From: Cystobasidiomycetes sp. EMM_F5
Lineage: Eukaryota
NCBI GenBank assembly: GCA_051047955.1
Contig: JBPGPT010000005.1
Coordinates: 248,001 to 312,000, forward strand
DNA: 64,000 nt
Direction of reading: 5' to 3'
The notes beneath the pieces are model-generated. The model saw nothing but the letters and a program-made list of their open reading frames with translations. It was not told the DNA's origin and did not search any database. Positions 39,251 through 53,704 of this stretch are shown piece by piece. A program made the position numbers and the translations under genes. The number at the start of each line of letters is the position of its first letter. The first letter of the stretch is position 1.

Positions 39251-39920
39251 GGCAGCTATGAGCTGAAGATAGTGTACGGTATGGCTACGAAGCGAGACGA
39301 AGATGTGTGAGAACGGGGCGCAAGCCGTTTGAATGCAGTTCAACGAGCCATACAATGTATGCGTGTGGTCCCTTGCTTGCCTTCTTGATCACGGAATGGT
39401 CAGCTCAGATCGTCAGGGTTGCTTTCCGAATGCCAAGACAGATAGAATCGTGGATTTATGGAAGCAGTTTGCGATTTTCATGCAGAAAGACTCTTTGTTC
39501 TGTTTGCATTCCCAAAGCTATTCTCTGTCCAGCTGCACTGACTGCCAGGCAGTACATACATGTACATGACTATCGCACTTGATTGACCGAACATCGTTCT
39601 GGATTTACGGCGTGACAGCGACCCAAGGACGCGTCCGGCGGAGAGATTGGCGAGCTCGAAATACCCAACAAGCTGCAGAAAGAACAAGTCACCCAAGACG
39701 CAGGTGCTGTCGGACTCTCAGCTCCCACTTCCAGCCAAAGTTTGCGACATTCCACGGAGATCAGCTGTTTCCCATCGTCCCTTGGCAGGCAAAGGCTCGT
39801 CCTTTCAGGGCGACAAACACACGATTTTGCAAACAATCGGAAAGCAAAGCAAGTCCCTCATGCGATAGCAGACACACCGACGTACGCTCGGACTCTGCCG
39901 TCAGAGGCCAGCCTCGTGCC

Positions 39921-42165
39921 ATGGTCGCACCTATTCGGGCGACTTTGCCGGCGGTGCATTCAGTCATGCAAAAACAACGAGCAAGTCTGGCATCGCCCGT
40001 ACTGTCTACGGTCGAGATGGATTATGAGACTGATGGTGCTGCGGACGACGGATTCCGATGCTTCGAAGACTCGGCGTGCAGCTTTGGCCAGCAAAGTAAC
40101 AAGGCTGAGCCAAGTGTCAGGTTGAAGGGCAGACTTATAGACGAGTCGCTCTGTCAGGCAGCTCAAGACAAACCTACGACATACTTGAAGACCCAACGTG
40201 TGCTTCCAAGGCACGCTCCAACTACCTTCTCTGCTAGCCGTATGTCGGTTACATCGCCACTGCTCGACTCCACAGACCCTACAGACTATGTGACTTCTGA
40301 TGCCAACGCTTTGCATCCTCTGCAACGAAGCTGTTCACAACCATCGAGCTCCGGCACCTACTCCGCCCCAGGGAAGCGGCACTCGAGTCAGCGGAGTGCC
40401 CTCTACTCCGACTGCCATTCGCGATCCAGGGACGAAGCGACAACAGGGTCATCAAGCTTCGAGCAGAATTGTAACTGTGGTTCTATCAACGTCTCTACAG
40501 TGCATGATGAGGAAACATCGTGCATGCGAGCGCAACTACAGGATGGCACCCGCTACTTCCCCTCTTCACCCATTATGTCGTCACCCACGTTTGCGCAAGA
40601 ATGGGCGAGATCACTTCATCGCATACGAAGAACCTTGTGTGCTGCTCCAGGCGACTGGACAGACCCTCGGACCGGTCGATGGGCAACTCCCTCCCATCTC
40701 AAAGCTTACGTCCCTCTTCTAGTCTGGCTCTTTGTATCTGTCACAATGGCGGTCGTTGTCGGAGTTTGGCATGTCCAAGTCTTTTCGGGTGAGTTGGTAG
40801 AGAGACCACTTTCTGTGTATGTGTTTTGACAGTCCAACACTCTTCTCAACAGCCTTGGATGCGTTGGCAACATACTTGAAATCCAAAGGCCTGTTTGGCG
40901 CGGCCATCCTATTCAGCTGCATCTTTGCGACCTGCTTTCCCCCTCTTCCTCTATACTCGACATTTATCATCCTGTCGGGCTACTCTTTCGGCCTCTTACA
41001 AGGCTTTCTGATATCATACACTGCTGCACTCTCGGGCGCAGTTGTGGTATACCTCCTTAGCCGAGCTTGGCTGAAGCCGCACATGGAGCGTACGTTGGCG
41101 CAATCGCAAAATTTTTGTAGAATCGTTCGAGCGATAGAACGGAGGCCTCGTCTGCTGTACCTTATCCGTCTCTCCCCCTATCCTTACAATCTCATGAATA
41201 CCCTCCTCGCTTCTTCGGAAACCCTCTCCTTCCGCTGTTACTTCTGGTGTACGGCACTGTCCCTCCCTAAACTCGTTGTGCATTGCAGTATAGGCACCAC
41301 TATCCGCTCTTTTGCAGCACCTCCGCCCATCACGGATGAGAATGGTAGCATCATTGCAGACCCAGAACAGCTGCAGCGCGAGCTGGCTGGACAACGTCTC
41401 AAGACGAACGCAGGTGCGATAGGCTTGGCTCTGTGTGTTGCAGTCTTTCTCTATATTCTATACGTCGTCCGGCGCGCCATTGACGAGGAGAATGCCGACG
41501 GGTGTCAAGCTGTACCTGTGACGAGTTCCATTGGCGCCGTTCCTCACGGCTACGATTTGCTTAGTTCTGGATTACCACGGTATCGTAAACCACGTCTGCA
41601 CTCTTCGAGCGTGGAAAGTATCGAAGTATCAGCACTCGACTTATCGTCCTCTTCTATGCTCTTCGAGGACAGCGGTCACGGCATACACATCGAATCAGAA
41701 ACGGATGTGCCCGACAAGGATGCAGGCTATGCTACTGGCGGACATCGAAGACGGCACTCGTATGACGAAGTGCAGTACCAACGTCATCCGCATCCTATGC
41801 GACAGATTGGGTCGAATGGTCCGCTGTCAGCTACGCTGGCTTCCGGTCACGATAGACTGTCCGCTCATACAGCTGGCGGCAGCTCTAGACCACAATTCCG
41901 ACAGCCGTTTGAGCGCCAAGATAGTAATTATGCAGCTTGGAAGCAACGACAAGTAAATCAGGATGACACGACAGCGAGAGCTTTGCATTCGGGAGAAAAG
42001 TCTCGTCCCTTTTCTTGGTTTGCCTCTGGAACATCTCCTCAGCAAACGCTGGATTCAGACCGACATGGCATGACCAATTTACCATACTCTGGCAGGCATA
42101 AAGCTAGAGCGGGCAGTCAGATTCCCCTTTTAGCAGACGTTGGCGATGACGGAGATGCCTATTGA
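39921..42165 (+). CDS. Tvp38-like (VTT/SNARE-associated, DedA family) membrane protein with long disordered termini; start uncertain
   Basis: TCFPPLPLYST..GYSFG and LIRLSPYPYNLMN..SLPKLVVH; several TM segments; intron at ~40789-40851. Confidence 0.85.
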
Positions 42166-42622
42166 AGCACTGGCAAGCGTCTCTCCATCGTGTTCGGATA
42201 CTCCTTGGCATCTCCACTTATGCTCAAATGCTGCTTGTATTTTTATGGTTCCCACGTTCACTGGCGCAATCCCGGCCATACTCTCCTTATAAACGACAAT
42301 GTATCAAATACTGCAAGCAGTGCAAGACTACCCAACCGCATCAACAGACAGATGTCGCGTCGCTCGTTTCTCACGCAAATAATGACCTTTGTTGCTTTCG
42401 CTCTAGACAGATGTCTCGTTCTGTACGACCATGTAGCCAGTAGTTGGACGTTTCCCTGTTGCAGTGCCAGCCAGCAATACAGTATGCCTGCCATCTGTCG
42501 ACGCGCCTCCCATATACTTTAGTGGGGTTCAATTCGGATCTCTCCCCTATTTTCGCTCGCAGTCAACACGGGCGAGAGTGCGGCAGTCTGAGCTGCGACT
42601 CTGCAAGCGCACGCCAGAGACA

Positions 42623-45600
42623 ATGACTGCCGATGATGCTGCTGCTGTCGGGCACGCTGACAACGGGGACGGAGCGAGCCCGACATCGACGCTGTCAACG
42701 ACGGGGAGCCTACTAGCAGCCCGTATACGACAGCGAGACGGGGACGGGGACATGGACGACCAGAGCAGTGGGGCCTTCCATGACGCCCGGGAGGACTTGT
42801 ACGGGTCTTCGGACGGCGGGAGCAGCTCGTCGTACGGCGACGGGAAGCGGGAGAGCGATACTACGGCCACCTCGACCTCGTCGGTCATAATATACGAGGG
42901 CAAGCCGGGCAAGCTGGACGACGCGCAGGAAGCTCAGGCGAGACGGAGCAGCCTCATTGAGGTGCATGTGCCGCAATCGCCAGCGAGGTCGGCACTTTTG
43001 TCGCCAGTCGCAGCCTCGTTTTCCGAGTTGCAGCCTCGTGACGGCGGACATGTGCACGATGCTGCAAACTGGCAGGATAACGCCCAAGGCGGTCGTATAC
43101 AAGATCCTACACACGCTGAGGATGATGCAGCTGCGTCGCGACCGGATACGTTGCCCAAGTTGGCCGCACAGACATCCTCAATGAACGGCAACAACGCCGC
43201 GAACGGTCAACAATTGTCGGCAAAAGCATTGGGGCACTCGTCACAGCAGCAGCAATCACGTCCACCCACGCAACGACGGACCTCTGGGTGGAAACGTCTA
43301 CTGCGGATGGGCAGCGGGTCCGGCAGCAATCGCCAGGTTGATGACGGGAGCAGCTCATCAACACCGGTATCACCCTCTTCGTCGAGGCCACAGTCACAGG
43401 CTGGGAGGACGGACGAATACAGTCTGCCCGGCAGAGGGACGCCCAATGCGCTTTCGCTGCCAAGCTCGTCTCGGAATCGAAAGTCGCCAGCAAGCCCTGC
43501 TGCAATTGCTGTCCAGATGTATAATATACAAAGAGATAGCAGCAACATTTCGAATGGATCAGTACAGTCACATCATGCAAATGATACGGATGAATGGCAG
43601 ACACAGTCCAACAATGCCACTTTGGAGGGCTCTGTGGAATACTTTTCGTATGGGAGCGGGGCTCCCTCGCCCGGCTTCACGCCCAGTCCTTCCCAGTCAG
43701 CGGCCAGTTCGCCAGCGCCTTCTGGTCCTGTATACGGTGGTCGCCTACTTTCAAAGCTGGAGACTCCGCATAGTCCGACAAAGTCTCACGGTAGCAAGGC
43801 TTCAAGGTACGAAGGTCTGGGTGTCGGCCAATCTGCCGGTCCTCCTTCTTCCCCGAAGGGCATATTCACCAGAAGAAGAGAGAACAACAATAGTCAACAT
43901 AACCCTAGTAATGGTACAGTCGACCAACAATCTCCGACCGGTACATTGCGACTGCCGAGCTCCCCGGTCAAAGAGCGAGAAAATAAAAGCTTTACGGCCA
44001 GGCTGCTCAGGCGTGTGAGCAGTATGCCAAACACAAAAGGTGCACAAGCGCTTCGACCCTTGTCACTCTCCACATCGTCCACCATTGGTAATCTACAGAT
44101 TCCGAAATCCACAGTCCCGCCCGTGCCTGCTCTGCCATCAACAACGGCTGGCGCATCACACCTGTTTGCCAGTCAATTACCTCCACAACCCATTCACAGC
44201 CCCGCACCGGGCACTGTGGCTGCAGTACAGCATGCGCAGAATAAACGAAGAATACGGGATGCTGCTGCTCTTGCTGCCAGTCTCGCAGCGTCAACGAATT
44301 CATCGCTCAACAGCTCTGGATCCCAGTCTGTTGCTGGAGCAAGCGGCAAAAGCGATGAACGGTACAGCGGAAGCACGTCTAGTATGCATCTGCTGTCGCC
44401 TGAAGGGTCGCCAATCACTCTTCAACGTCCGCACACCGCTACATCTTCCCCCGCTCCTGCCCCATTTCCATCTTTGACACCGACTTCTTCGCTACGCGGC
44501 AAGCTAATACGCTCAGCAAGCAGTACTGGCGGACCGTACCCGTCCAGTTCCAGTATGGCCATTTCTCAGTCAATGCCTGGCAGCCTCCCCAACGAGCAGG
44601 GCTTACATCCGAATCTTACCTTGTCGCCTCGCCTTCTTGTACGAGCTCGCGGACTGAGTCAATCTCGTCCTGACAGTGACATGTATTTGCCAGGAGGCGC
44701 CATTGATCCGTCAAAAAGTCCCGCCATGGCGATGGCGCACGGACCTCCTAGTCCCTCGACCAGCTCTATTGGTGGACACACCTACCATTCTACGCGCTCG
44801 TCTCAGTCCCAAGTTGCACTTGTTGCAAGCCAGGCTATGCTATCCGCTAACAATAGCTTGATGTTGTCGGCCCCTCCATCTCCTGGCGGGGGTACGCACG
44901 GCTTACCATCGTCTCCGCGTTCGCAATTTAGACGGACTTACTCTAGCAATTCCATCAAGATTCGCAACGTGGAAGTCGGACCGTCCAGCTTCCAAAAGAT
45001 CAAACTGCTTGGCAAGGGTGACGTTGGGAAAGTCTACCTCGTAAGGGAACGGAAAACGGAACGCCTATTCGCCATGAAGGTCTTGTCCAAGTCTGAAATG
45101 ATCAAACGAAATAAAATAAAGCGAGCTCTCGCTGAACAAGTATGTCGATGCGTGCTCGGTCTAGTGGAGCCAGCTGACGCGTATATTCATTGCAGGAGAT
45201 ACTGGCCACGTCCAATCATCCATTTATTGTAACACTATACCACTCTTTCCAGTCAGAGACGCATCTGTATTTCTGTATGGAGTATTGCATGGGCGGCGAA
45301 TTCTTCAGGGCGCTGCAGTCGCGACCCAACAAATGCTTGTCGGAGGAGGATGCTCGATTCTACGCTGCGGAAGTTATCGCTGCACTCGAATATCTTCACC
45401 TAATGGGCTTCATATACCGGGACCTGAAGCCGGAAAGTAAGTATCGAGTGTGGCTAGATTAGAGCCACATGGGCAGTGCTGACGCACACAACCGACAGAC
45501 ATCCTGCTGCACCAATCTGGTCATATCATGTTGTCTGACTTTGACCTCTCCAAGCAGACTGAAGCAGGCATGATGACTCCTGCTGCGGTAAAGCAGATTA

Positions 45601-46252
45601 CCCCGAATGGCACTTGGGTCGTCGACACCAAAAGCTGTATAGCGGACTTTCGCACAAACTCCTTTGTCGGCACAGAAGAGTATATTGCGCCAGAAGTCAT
45701 CAAGGGATGTGGACATTCATCAGCTGTCGACTGGTGGTGCGTTGGCATCTTGACTTACGAGATGATTTACGCAACAACGCCTTTCAAGGGTGAAAATCGC
45801 GCTGCTACATTTTCAAATGTCATTCGACACGATCCGCATTTCCCAGAACATCCGCCGTCGACGCAAATGTGCAGGAATATTATTCGAAAGCTGCTGATCA
45901 AGGACGAGAATAAGCGTTTGGGCAGTCTGGCTGGCGCGAGCGAAGTGAAGAGTCATAAATGGTTTGCGCCCTTGAGTTGGGGTCTCTTGCGGCATACGAA
46001 ACCACCGATCGTTCCTTCTACGACGGTATGTGAGATCCGAGTCGGCTGGAGTGGATTGTGGGCTGAACTATACGATGACAGAATGGCTTGGACAGCATAA
46101 ACTTCCGAACAATGAAAGAGAGTCATTCCCTCGACATGGACGCTGACATCAAGGCTAAAGCCGGAAAAGCGCACGCACAAGCGCAAGATGACGGGGAAGA
46201 TCCGTTTATCGAATTCAGCAGTCTCACGCGACATCACGATGGCGAGATGTAG
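42623..46252 (+). CDS. FPK1: AGC-family Ser/Thr kinase of the Fpk1/Kin82/Nrc-2 type
   Basis: [51 protein letters not shown] and [19 protein letters not shown]. Confidence 0.93.
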
Positions 46253-46565
46253 AACCGCCTACTTTACCATTCGACTATTCTCGGTGCTTGGCTTTGCTTT
46301 GATTAAGTCTTTTCCTGGCGAGCAGCCTCCTGCTTAGACTTCTCCACTTCCGTCTCTAATGTTGCTATTAGTACCCGAGTCCGCATTTCTGTCAGTCTCC
46401 TTTTCAAGTGTATCATATGAACCAGACGCACTTTAAGAGCCAGTATTCACAACGTACTCGACTGGACAATTATCTGATGATTTCGAGCGCGTTTGCTATT
46501 GTTGCCCATCTACGTTGCCACTCTACGATACTTAGTATATCACCAACACGGCGCCGAGCATTTCG

Positions 46566-49500
46566 ATGCAGCGTCCGTCTCACAATGACCACCGAAATGT
46601 CTCAATGTCCTTTGGCAGCCATGGCGCGGTTCCGCCAAACATGGCAGCGCGACCAAACCATTTCTTGCAGCGGACGGCTGAAGATGCTCAGCCAAACCTG
46701 GACGAGGCTCGCAGGGCACGACCGCAGCTGCATACCATGAGCAGAAAGGAGAAAGATCTGGCTCCGCCGTCGGTTCAGAGCACTGCGACTGCAGGTGCGC
46801 GCAGGGATGACGGTTCCTTGAACGGACGTACCCAGCGTCATTGGGGTCCTGATAGACCGCGAAATATTTACAGCAACAGCGAATCGACGTCAAAGTATGG
46901 CTCTGAAACGACTTCTCGGGATGAAAGCCATGTCCTGTCGACGCCGAGCCAGATTACGGCATCGCAGTCGGGTTTGAACAGCGATGAACGCAGGATTTTT
47001 GGACAACAAGCTCAAACTGCTGCCAGACGTGACGAGGAATATCAACTCACGTCTCCAGAGCTGCACAGAATACAGATTCCCCTGCGATTGCCAGCCAGTC
47101 GCACGCTCAGCGCATCAGAAACAGACGTTCGCCGTTCGCTTGGGACACGCACGCCGGTTATGGGGACGTTTGAATTGGATGCTAGGTCTGCACATCACGA
47201 AGGTCCAAGTCGAGTAAATCCCCAGTTCCGAGTCCAGCCTGCGCCAAGGGACTCGTCTTCAGACAATGCCGTTGCTGGGCCGTCGAAGCCAACATATTAC
47301 GACGACCGGAGACGAATGCCCCCCGTTGCTATCGAGCCGCAATCATCCCCTCAGCGAAGACCTGAAGCAAGTGGACCTCGTTCGGCCCCGCTCTTCCGGA
47401 CCCCATCTTCTGACGACGAGAAGCCTGTCGTTGAACCACCTCAGACGGCGGTGCGAGACGCCCGACAAGTGACAGATCCGCGAAAAGCGGGCAACTCAGG
47501 CGCAAATGAGGCTCATGCTTCAAGCGCAAGCCAGACTTCCGCCAGAAAGCGACCCGCGACCTCGTTGGACTTGAGCTCCTCCAGCGAAGATGAGATGCAA
47601 ATACCTGCCGGACCAAGGAGCAGCAGACCTACTCCGACCTCGACTGCAAAGTCTGCGCCGAGGTACCCCGCGTCCGAAATAACAGCTGCGCAGACTGTCA
47701 TCGCGGTAGGTCCCGCTGCGTCTTCTTCGACGGGATCGTTGCCGAACGGCTCTCGGCAGCTAGCAACGCAGACACTGGCAATCAGCAGGACACATAATTC
47801 AGACATCGCGTCTTCTTCCAGCTCGGCTTCGACTATACCCGGTGACTATTTGCCTTCAAACGATAGTCCCCTCCGGTTTTGGGACAGGCATACTACCCCG
47901 TCCAATCTGATGGCTGGCCGTGATCTGAAGAGGCTGCCAATTCCTGAGCAAGTCGCAAAGGATCGTACGGAACATATTCACAGCCGCGTTATAGCTGCCG
48001 AGCTCGCACTTCTGCAGCCGGTCAAGGTCATCGGTCGGACTTTTGGTGCAGGCACCCTGTCCATACTCTTCGAGAAGCTTCCTCTAGCATCAAATGAACA
48101 AGCTATCGCATTGCCTACGGCGCTGCAGTCTAGCTCTGACGAACATCAAGTACCATCCGATTTGCGAGAACCATTCTTTTTCCGCCAGATTGGCATTGCG
48201 GCAATGTCTGGAAATGTTACAAAAGGCAAATATTATACTGCAGCGCTGCTTGTTTTGCAGTACGAGGAAGATGTGAAGAAGGACAGTGCTACATCAAAAC
48301 ATCCTGTTCCGATGGCCAATGACAAAAGTTCTCCGCTGGTTCCTGCGCCGGTCCCGGACGTGGCCGTAGCACAGACGACTAGCAGTACGATGCCAGTTCA
48401 GGCTTCTTCTTCCAACATGGACGTGGAAATTGACATCAAACCAAACGTGCGGTCATTCGGTACAACCAATCCACCATCGTCTACCAGCGTATCCCTGCCA
48501 TCGACACAACTTCCCCGCCCTACGAGCGCTGCGCCAGCCCACAGACCCAAGCTTGAGGCTCAGTCGCCTAGTGCGCTGCCTATGCGCGACCCAACAACGA
48601 TCAAAGAGACCGTAGCGTCTTCCGATGTGCCAACTCTTGCGTCATCGAGTAATGCTCGACTTGGCTTTCCCAAGAATATCTGCCCTTCGTTCACCGACAT
48701 TGCGCATACACAACATCATATTCATCTGTACCTCAAGAGGTTTGTCGCTGCTTGCTCCTCGTACATGAACCAGCATTTGCTGACATGCCTGACCGTATTA
48801 GGTATTTTGAGACCTTCGAAAGTCGCCGCGGCAGCATTCCAAGCTTTTATCATGCACAAGCGACCTTGTCCATTCTTGACTTGACGCGTCCTACTGATGG
48901 CGTTGTGCGAGTCTGTAAGTCGCACTTTGAACAATGTGAGCAGCATCGTAACGTACTCTCATACTTCACAGCTTCGAATGATATTGCCGTCACGCCTTAT
49001 GTTATTATGAACCGTTTTCGATCGATGCCTGCATGTGTATGTAGTATTTTGGCTTTCGGAGCATGCTTCTACTGGAGCTGAGTCTGCACTACGCAGACTA
49101 TCCCATTCTCTGACGATTTAAAATTCATTTGGGACGCCTATCGCATTACTGCAGATACCAATCCTCTGGCATATACACCGGTGCAGGTTGTAGTACATGG
49201 CGAGTTGACCGAGGTAAGTGACTCGCAATATGCTGTATCCGTGTCTTGACACCATCCCACAGTTCGCTACCAATGTCAAGCGATCATTTGACAGGACTTT
49301 CAATCTCGCTCCAATAGACACGATGCTATGCGCGTAAGCTACGATGTCCTTGCATGAATGGTGAACATTCTTAACGATATTATACCACAGGGCGGCGCAA
49401 GCGGGACTGCCCTATCAAATAATGTCGGAACACTACACCATTCGCGCTCATCATGATCTGAGTCTGAGAAGCGCTCCTGGATCGTTGTCGATCATCGCGC

Positions 49501-51813
49501 CAAAGCCGGTGGCACCTGCTCCGCCTGTCCGACCCGCCCAGCCTGAGCCTAGCGAACCTGCAACGGTCGACTCGAGCGCTGCCAAGCGAAAACTGATTTT
49601 GATTGACATCAGCGATGATGACGAGGATGCACCATCTGCATCAACAAGTAATGTGCCTGCTACGGCCACGAGGGCAGTAAGACCAAGGCTAGCGTCGAGT
49701 CGAGCGGTATCGGACGAACATAACTCCCGCTTGGAGGAAGAGCTGGCGAGACTTCGTGCGGACTTTGACGCGTTCCGCGAAGCTAGTAACGCAATGCCCA
49801 AGTCAGTAGAAATTGGTGTGCCAGTCCCGGCCCCGACGCAGGAAAGTAGCACCAAATCTGCTTCTACTCGCGAAGGAAAACAGCCCGCTCAGCCCGCTCA
49901 GCCCGCTCATCATAGTTTACCCCCCAAGCCAATCATTCCGAGCACCCAGAACGGGCTTGGTAGTTTGCCGAAGCGACCGCAGCCGCTTGGGCCTAAGCAG
50001 GGCTCATCGATTCGCACAGGCCGAGAGGAGCCAGTCAAATTGCCGCTAAATCCTATACCCACCTCCACGAGCGCTTCTACCTCAAAGCGTAGTGAAAATC
50101 CATCGGAAGTCAACTCAGCCGGCCAAACTGTCAAACAAGCGGTGAAGAAACCTGCAGCCATTAGTGAACCACCAATCGCAGCTGCTCCCACGAACCAGTC
50201 GCAAAAGAACAAACAAAAGAGTGCACAATCAGCAACGCCTGCCAATCCTGCAGTCGAAGCTGCTCCGGCTCCGCAAGCGAAAAAGGCAAAGCATGAAAGT
50301 AGGTTCCTGACTGTGGTGTTGGCGTGATGTACATACTGACAATGAGGACTCGGACAGCTGTTATGCGAGTCGTCGGCAGCAACTCGGAGTCATATGCTCA
50401 CACAATCAATGGTCTATTGGCACCCGCGAGTGCTGGGAAGAGCGGGGTCCGTCGTATTGCGCGGCAGATGTTTGATGTCAACAAGGTTGCAGGCTACGTG
50501 GCGGTCTCCTCTAGGGGCGAAGCATTCCTGTGGCCGAGAGCGCATCGCACACCCGTCACAAAAATTGTTGAAAGCATCCCAGATATTGAGGGGCACGTCG
50601 TGCACACCGCAGCCTGGTGCAATCCCCAATTTTATGGTGTATTGGGTATAGCTTCCTCACAATTGAAGCCAGCCTGGTCAACCACAGACTCGCAAGTTCG
50701 AATAATCGATTTGAAAAAGGCCAAATGTACCGTGGGACAGAATGTAGGTGAATATAAACCTGAGTGGGAGATGTACTAGCTGACCCAAGCTTGACAGGGT
50801 GCACCGTCCGATGTTCGCAAGATCAAAGTTCTCGATATTCCTTTAGCGCCACATTCTGGCGTGGGAGTCAATGCAATCGTCACTTTGAAAGGCAGCGATG
50901 TCGACAATTTACTCTTTGCCACCGGAGGTAACGATGTACGAGCGTTTGATTGAGCCTCCAATCTATCGGTACATTGACATTTGATGAACAGCGTGTTATA
51001 AGGATCTGGTCGTGCCGGAGAGAAAACGGGCAAATCACCCTTCCGGAAGTCCGCACGGTCGATGCTTTACATTCGAACTTCATCAATGACATTGTATGCC
51101 CGGAGGGAACTCAGAGACTCTGGTCGGTTGGGCAAGATAGGCGGGTGAGCAGGGTCTTCGAAAGTATTCTCATTGCAGGTTTGAGACTGAGAATGCAACA
51201 GGTATGCGATATCGACATTACCAAGAATGCGATCAAACAGGAATGGCGAGAGACAGTAGCAATCACCCGGATCTACCAACAGTAGGTACAAAGAGCTACG
51301 AGTGTAAATATCGCTCACTCGGTATGCTCTGCTCAGTGCGCCGGAAACTGCGTTGCTGTGTCTTCAGCAGAATGAGTACGTCAAAGCGCATTCGACCAAC
51401 TTGTATGCAAGCTGTCTAGCTAATGTCAGATGATCGCAGCAATCAGTTCCATATGGTAGACTTTCGCAAACCAAGCACTGCTCCTGGTTTGCGCTTTGGA
51501 TACCGCGCAATCGATGATGGCGGTCTCAAGCGCTTTCTGCACGGCGAATTCAGCACTTTCAATTTAAATCAGTTTGCCTTCGCCTTTGAGGACTGTGTGC
51601 GGATGTGAGTGCTTTCATCACGCGCGGCGTGTGCCTTCAGCTGAACAGTGTACTATTCTCAGTTGGGATATACGGAAAAGCGATAGGCAGGTCGGCGAAA
51701 TAAAGGCTGAAAACGGAGTAATCCAGCCTCATTACGAGCGTGCTTCACGCATGGTCTTCCTGGAAAGAAAGTCATTCACGGCTGTCCAAATAAATAACCA
51801 TCCTTTTAAATGA
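46566..51813 (+). CDS. Large uncharacterised protein: disordered N-terminus, NTF2-like domain, Pro/Ser linker, C-terminal WD40 repeats
   Basis: HLYLKR|YFETFESRRGSIPSFYHAQATLS..RSFD..YQIMSEHYTIR (NXF/Mex67-type NTF2 pattern); later FATGGND..IRIW, LWSVGQDRR and WDIRK. Many short introns; the single-gene model is inferred. Confidence 0.55.
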
Positions 51814-52060
51814 CCATCCTCTTCCGCAAGGGCTATAGCATGCTATCGTTCCGAAGCATGATGAGTTCGCTTGACAGCGTTTCAAAATTCACCGATGTAG
51901 ACATTCCAAGGCAGTGTTGTTGTCAACGTCAGGCTGCGTTTGCGTATTTCGCTAGTGTGCTTGCTCCGGCTATAGGGCCGCAAGGTCCGCGATAATGTGG
52001 AAGAAGCTTGTCAATCGTGTCTGCGGAATAGCTCTACTTAAAGTCGTTACATACCGAAAG

Positions 52061-52895
52061 ATGTTGGCAAATCCTGGACTCGAGAGCCGCGGTCTGCGCA
52101 TACAAGTCATCCACCCTTCCTCCTTGTCCAGCAGTCCCAGCATCGTGACTTCCATACAAAGCCTGGCCAATGCTGCGTATACCGAATCGCATAATCGCTT
52201 AGATCGCTACATGGGCGTCCCAGAAGGCACCACGTTCAGTCGGCTGCGCTTTCAGAGTGAAGAGCAAGTCCTGACAGAATTGTCGCAACACGCCCTCTCG
52301 GTGGCGTTATGTTTCGACGAGACGGCTCCCCTAACAGCTTCAGGCGGTAGGCCTGCAATCAAGTTACTTCTTTCAGCCTTTAGGCTGACGAAAGACTCCC
52401 ATCTTTTCAGGACAATGTCCGCTTGTCGGCATGTCTTGCCTCAAGCGCTGGAAAGGCCCCGTTACAAGTCGTCAAAGCCACGCACACCCGGCTGCAAGAC
52501 ACAATAACAACAATCAAACTCCGGTTGAGCTCCTCATGCCCAGTTCAGATTATACGGATATTGAAGTGGGAACATGTGCGTCCTGCGAGGACGCGAAATA
52601 TCGCGGTATTGGCATTATAAGCGCCCTCGTCACTGCAACATTACAAGAGCTGTTACGGACATCCTCGGACAACAGTCAGGAAAGTCAGACGGAGGTCAAG
52701 CCGATCCGGTTGTGGGTATCAGCGCTTGGAAATACCGGAAACAAAGAATATTGGCAAAGAAGAGGCTTTATAGCCCAGCGTAAGGATACGGCGTGGCCAG
52801 GGACTTGGGGAAATAGTCTTGATATCGACATATGGACAATGAATAAGCTTTTCGTAGCGGATGAGCAAAAGGGCAAGCAAGCCGTCAAAGTGTGA
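52061..52895 (+). CDS. GNAT-family acetyltransferase-like protein
   Basis: KYRGIGIISALV (motif A) and NKEYWQRRGF (motif B); intron at ~52347-52410. Confidence 0.7.
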
Positions 52896-53003
52896 AAATG
52901 CTGAAGCTGTTTGCAAATTGATATCTGCACAATGGGCGCTGATCATTATATGGTACTACACGCATGAGATCCTGTCGCAGCGGCCAGCGCCGGCAGGGGC
53001 GCC

Positions 53004-53567
53004 TCATCCTAGGAAGTTGAACGCGAAAAAGTGCAGGATGATACTCGCAAATGCAAAATCCGCAAACGCCCTAAAGGTTTCGCAATTGTGAAGTTAGCAT
53101 CACGCTAGAGATAAAAATATACGGCCAGATAACTCGAGACGAACCTTTCAGGTGACATCTTGGGGAAGTCAATCTTGTTTTCTGGGTTCACTTGGGAGCG
53201 GAGAGAAGCCAGTAGCACGAATTGGCCGACGCAGCTTGCAAAGCTGAGAGAGTGATTATACATCTATCAGATACGTATGCACAGAAGAAAGTCACGTCAC
53301 TCACGCTCCGAGGAAGGCATTGAATGGAAAGTCGGTGATGAGGACGCAATACCCAAAGACCGCGACGCCGGAGAACATGACGAAGACGAGGAAAGCGTCG
53401 ATGAGCTTGAGTCTCGCCGGAGTGTTTGCGAGATACGAGTTCCAAAGCTGAGTTATGATTGACGTTGACGGCAGCGAGCTCGACATTACGCGTGGGATTG
53501 CAGGTTTGGACGGCGACGGCGCGACGACGGCCGACGACGGTTTGCGGAGTACATTCTTTGGCGGCAT
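53004..53567 (-). CDS. OST2: Oligosaccharyltransferase subunit Ost2/DAD1
   Basis: TPARLKLIDAFL..FPFNAFLG|..CVGQFVLLASLRSQVNP..SPER|AFADF..LHFFAFNFLG*. Confidence 0.95.
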
Positions 53568-53704
53568 ACTGTATTGAGATTGTGGTAGTCTAGTGAAAGC
53601 AAGCCAAATATCAGGCTGCTCTGCTGTTCGATTGCAGACATCAATCGCAGATGGGTATTTGCCTGGCTAACTTCCGCACAAAGCCCAACAAACAATCATC
53701 ACAC

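Noticed and set aside
49881..49908. (CAGCCCGCT)x3 tandem repeat
   Set aside because: An in-frame QPA coding microrepeat in a disordered linker.
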